This document shows, one piece after another, positions 63,083-64,000 of a stretch of DNA of 64,000 bases. Every line of letters begins with the position of its first letter. Within the stretch, counting starts at the first letter, position 1. The translations under genes were made by a program, and so were the position numbers. The notes under the pieces were generated by a model. The model saw only the letters and a program-made list of their open reading frames with translations. It made no database searches and had not been told where the DNA came from. The stretch spans positions 23,562,001 to 23,626,000 of the forward strand of contig CM052816.1 in the NCBI GenBank assembly GCA_028534125.1, given 5' to 3'. The DNA comes from Lama glama (lineage: Eukaryota).

Positions 63083-64000
63083 GATTTTGGTACCAAGAGT
63101 GGTTTTAGGAGAATGGACTGTTAAAGATGAGTTTCCTGAACTGGCTCAAGGGCTTCTGGAATTGGCATTCAATGTGATCACATTGAAAGATGCTAATGAC
63201 TATGTCTAGCATGAAAGAGAGCACTGCTAGTCCATGGCATGGTCTGGCAATACACATACATCAAACACCTGCATTGGACCTTCCTAATCAACCACTTAGA
63301 AGTAAGGAGCTAGATGACACTGCACAATGCTAACAATTTTGGAAAACATTAATGTAACAATGTTGGCTGGTTGCCCCTGATGTCACTGAACAGAGGGGTG
63401 CAAGGAAAGGATGAGCTCTGGGGTGTGAATTCCTAGCTTAAGAGAGCATAAATAATCTAAGAGCTCGATGTCTGCCCTGAAGGAGACCCTCATCTCCTGT
63501 AGCTGCTGGCTGAAATTTCTGAAAAGCAAAAGCAAAATCTCATCCTGCGAATGACTGAATTACAATGAAATTTGAACACTCAGCCTGGCAACGGTCTACT
63601 GTTAAAGTGAGAGCACTAAATGGGAAAGAACAGGATTGTGTGTATTTGGATGAGGACAAGTAGGAAGACCCTGATGAAGCTGGGGCATTGCACCCTTACA
63701 TTTTAATAAGTCTTCTTTACTAGGGGAAGCGGCCTCCCCACCCCAGTGGTATCTACCTTGTCACCTCCATCTGAGGAGTTTAAACCTCCAGTGTCTGAGG
63801 AGACTGGAGGGGCCTCCTCTGATTCCCCTGAGGACCCACCCTCCTACCTTTCTTCCTTTCTAGACCTACAACTAGACTCAAGCTCCAGTAGTCCCCTAAA
63901 GGGATAGAACAACACATGATTCATGAGGAGATGCATTACACTCTAAGGATTACCTGAGTTTTTTATTTATACAGATAGAGTCTAGGGAATGTGTGCAAAT
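63083..64000 (+). mobile_element. ERV-L internal region (leader plus decayed gag), running off the window
   Basis: gattttggtacc directly follows the LTR. 63536-63586 translates NLILRMTELQ*NLNTQP, followed by STVKVRALNGKE and EDPDEAG, matching ERV-L gag. In-frame TGA at 63566-63568. Confidence 0.9.

Noticed and set aside
62742..63209. 155-aa ORF
   Set aside because: It reads through the MLT2 LTR, its simple-repeat tract and the ERV-L leader, and is not a gene.

Overview
This window is mammalian genomic DNA, not prokaryotic. It is AT-rich and dense in interspersed repeats, and it contains one 500-N assembly gap. A tRNA-derived SINE with the camelid (Vic-1-type) tail, together with cetartiodactyl-type L1 ends and no Alu, Bov-A/BovB, PRE-1 or Can-SINE that I could recognise, points to a camelid (camel, alpaca or llama). 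I found no recognisable host protein-coding exon, RNA gene or CRISPR array, so the window looks intergenic or deep-intronic. Every protein similarity I recognise belongs to decayed retroelements or transposons: L1 ORF1/ORF2, ERV-L/MaLR gag-pol-dUTPase remnants and a Tc2 transposase tail. The best observations are: (i) a young betaretroviral-type solo LTR with a perfect 6-bp TSD nested in an old MLT1 LTR; (ii) an LTR carrying a ~23-bp-period CCAAT array, two octamers, a TATA box and a poly(A) signal; (iii) an L1 that keeps its 5' end but is cut inside RT; (iv) several nested insertions; (v) a CpG-retaining patch near 59.4 kb. I see no evidence for a novel multi-gene system. Repeat family names come from remembered consensus sequences and need RepeatMasker/Dfam confirmation. 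Boundaries of old repeats are approximate.
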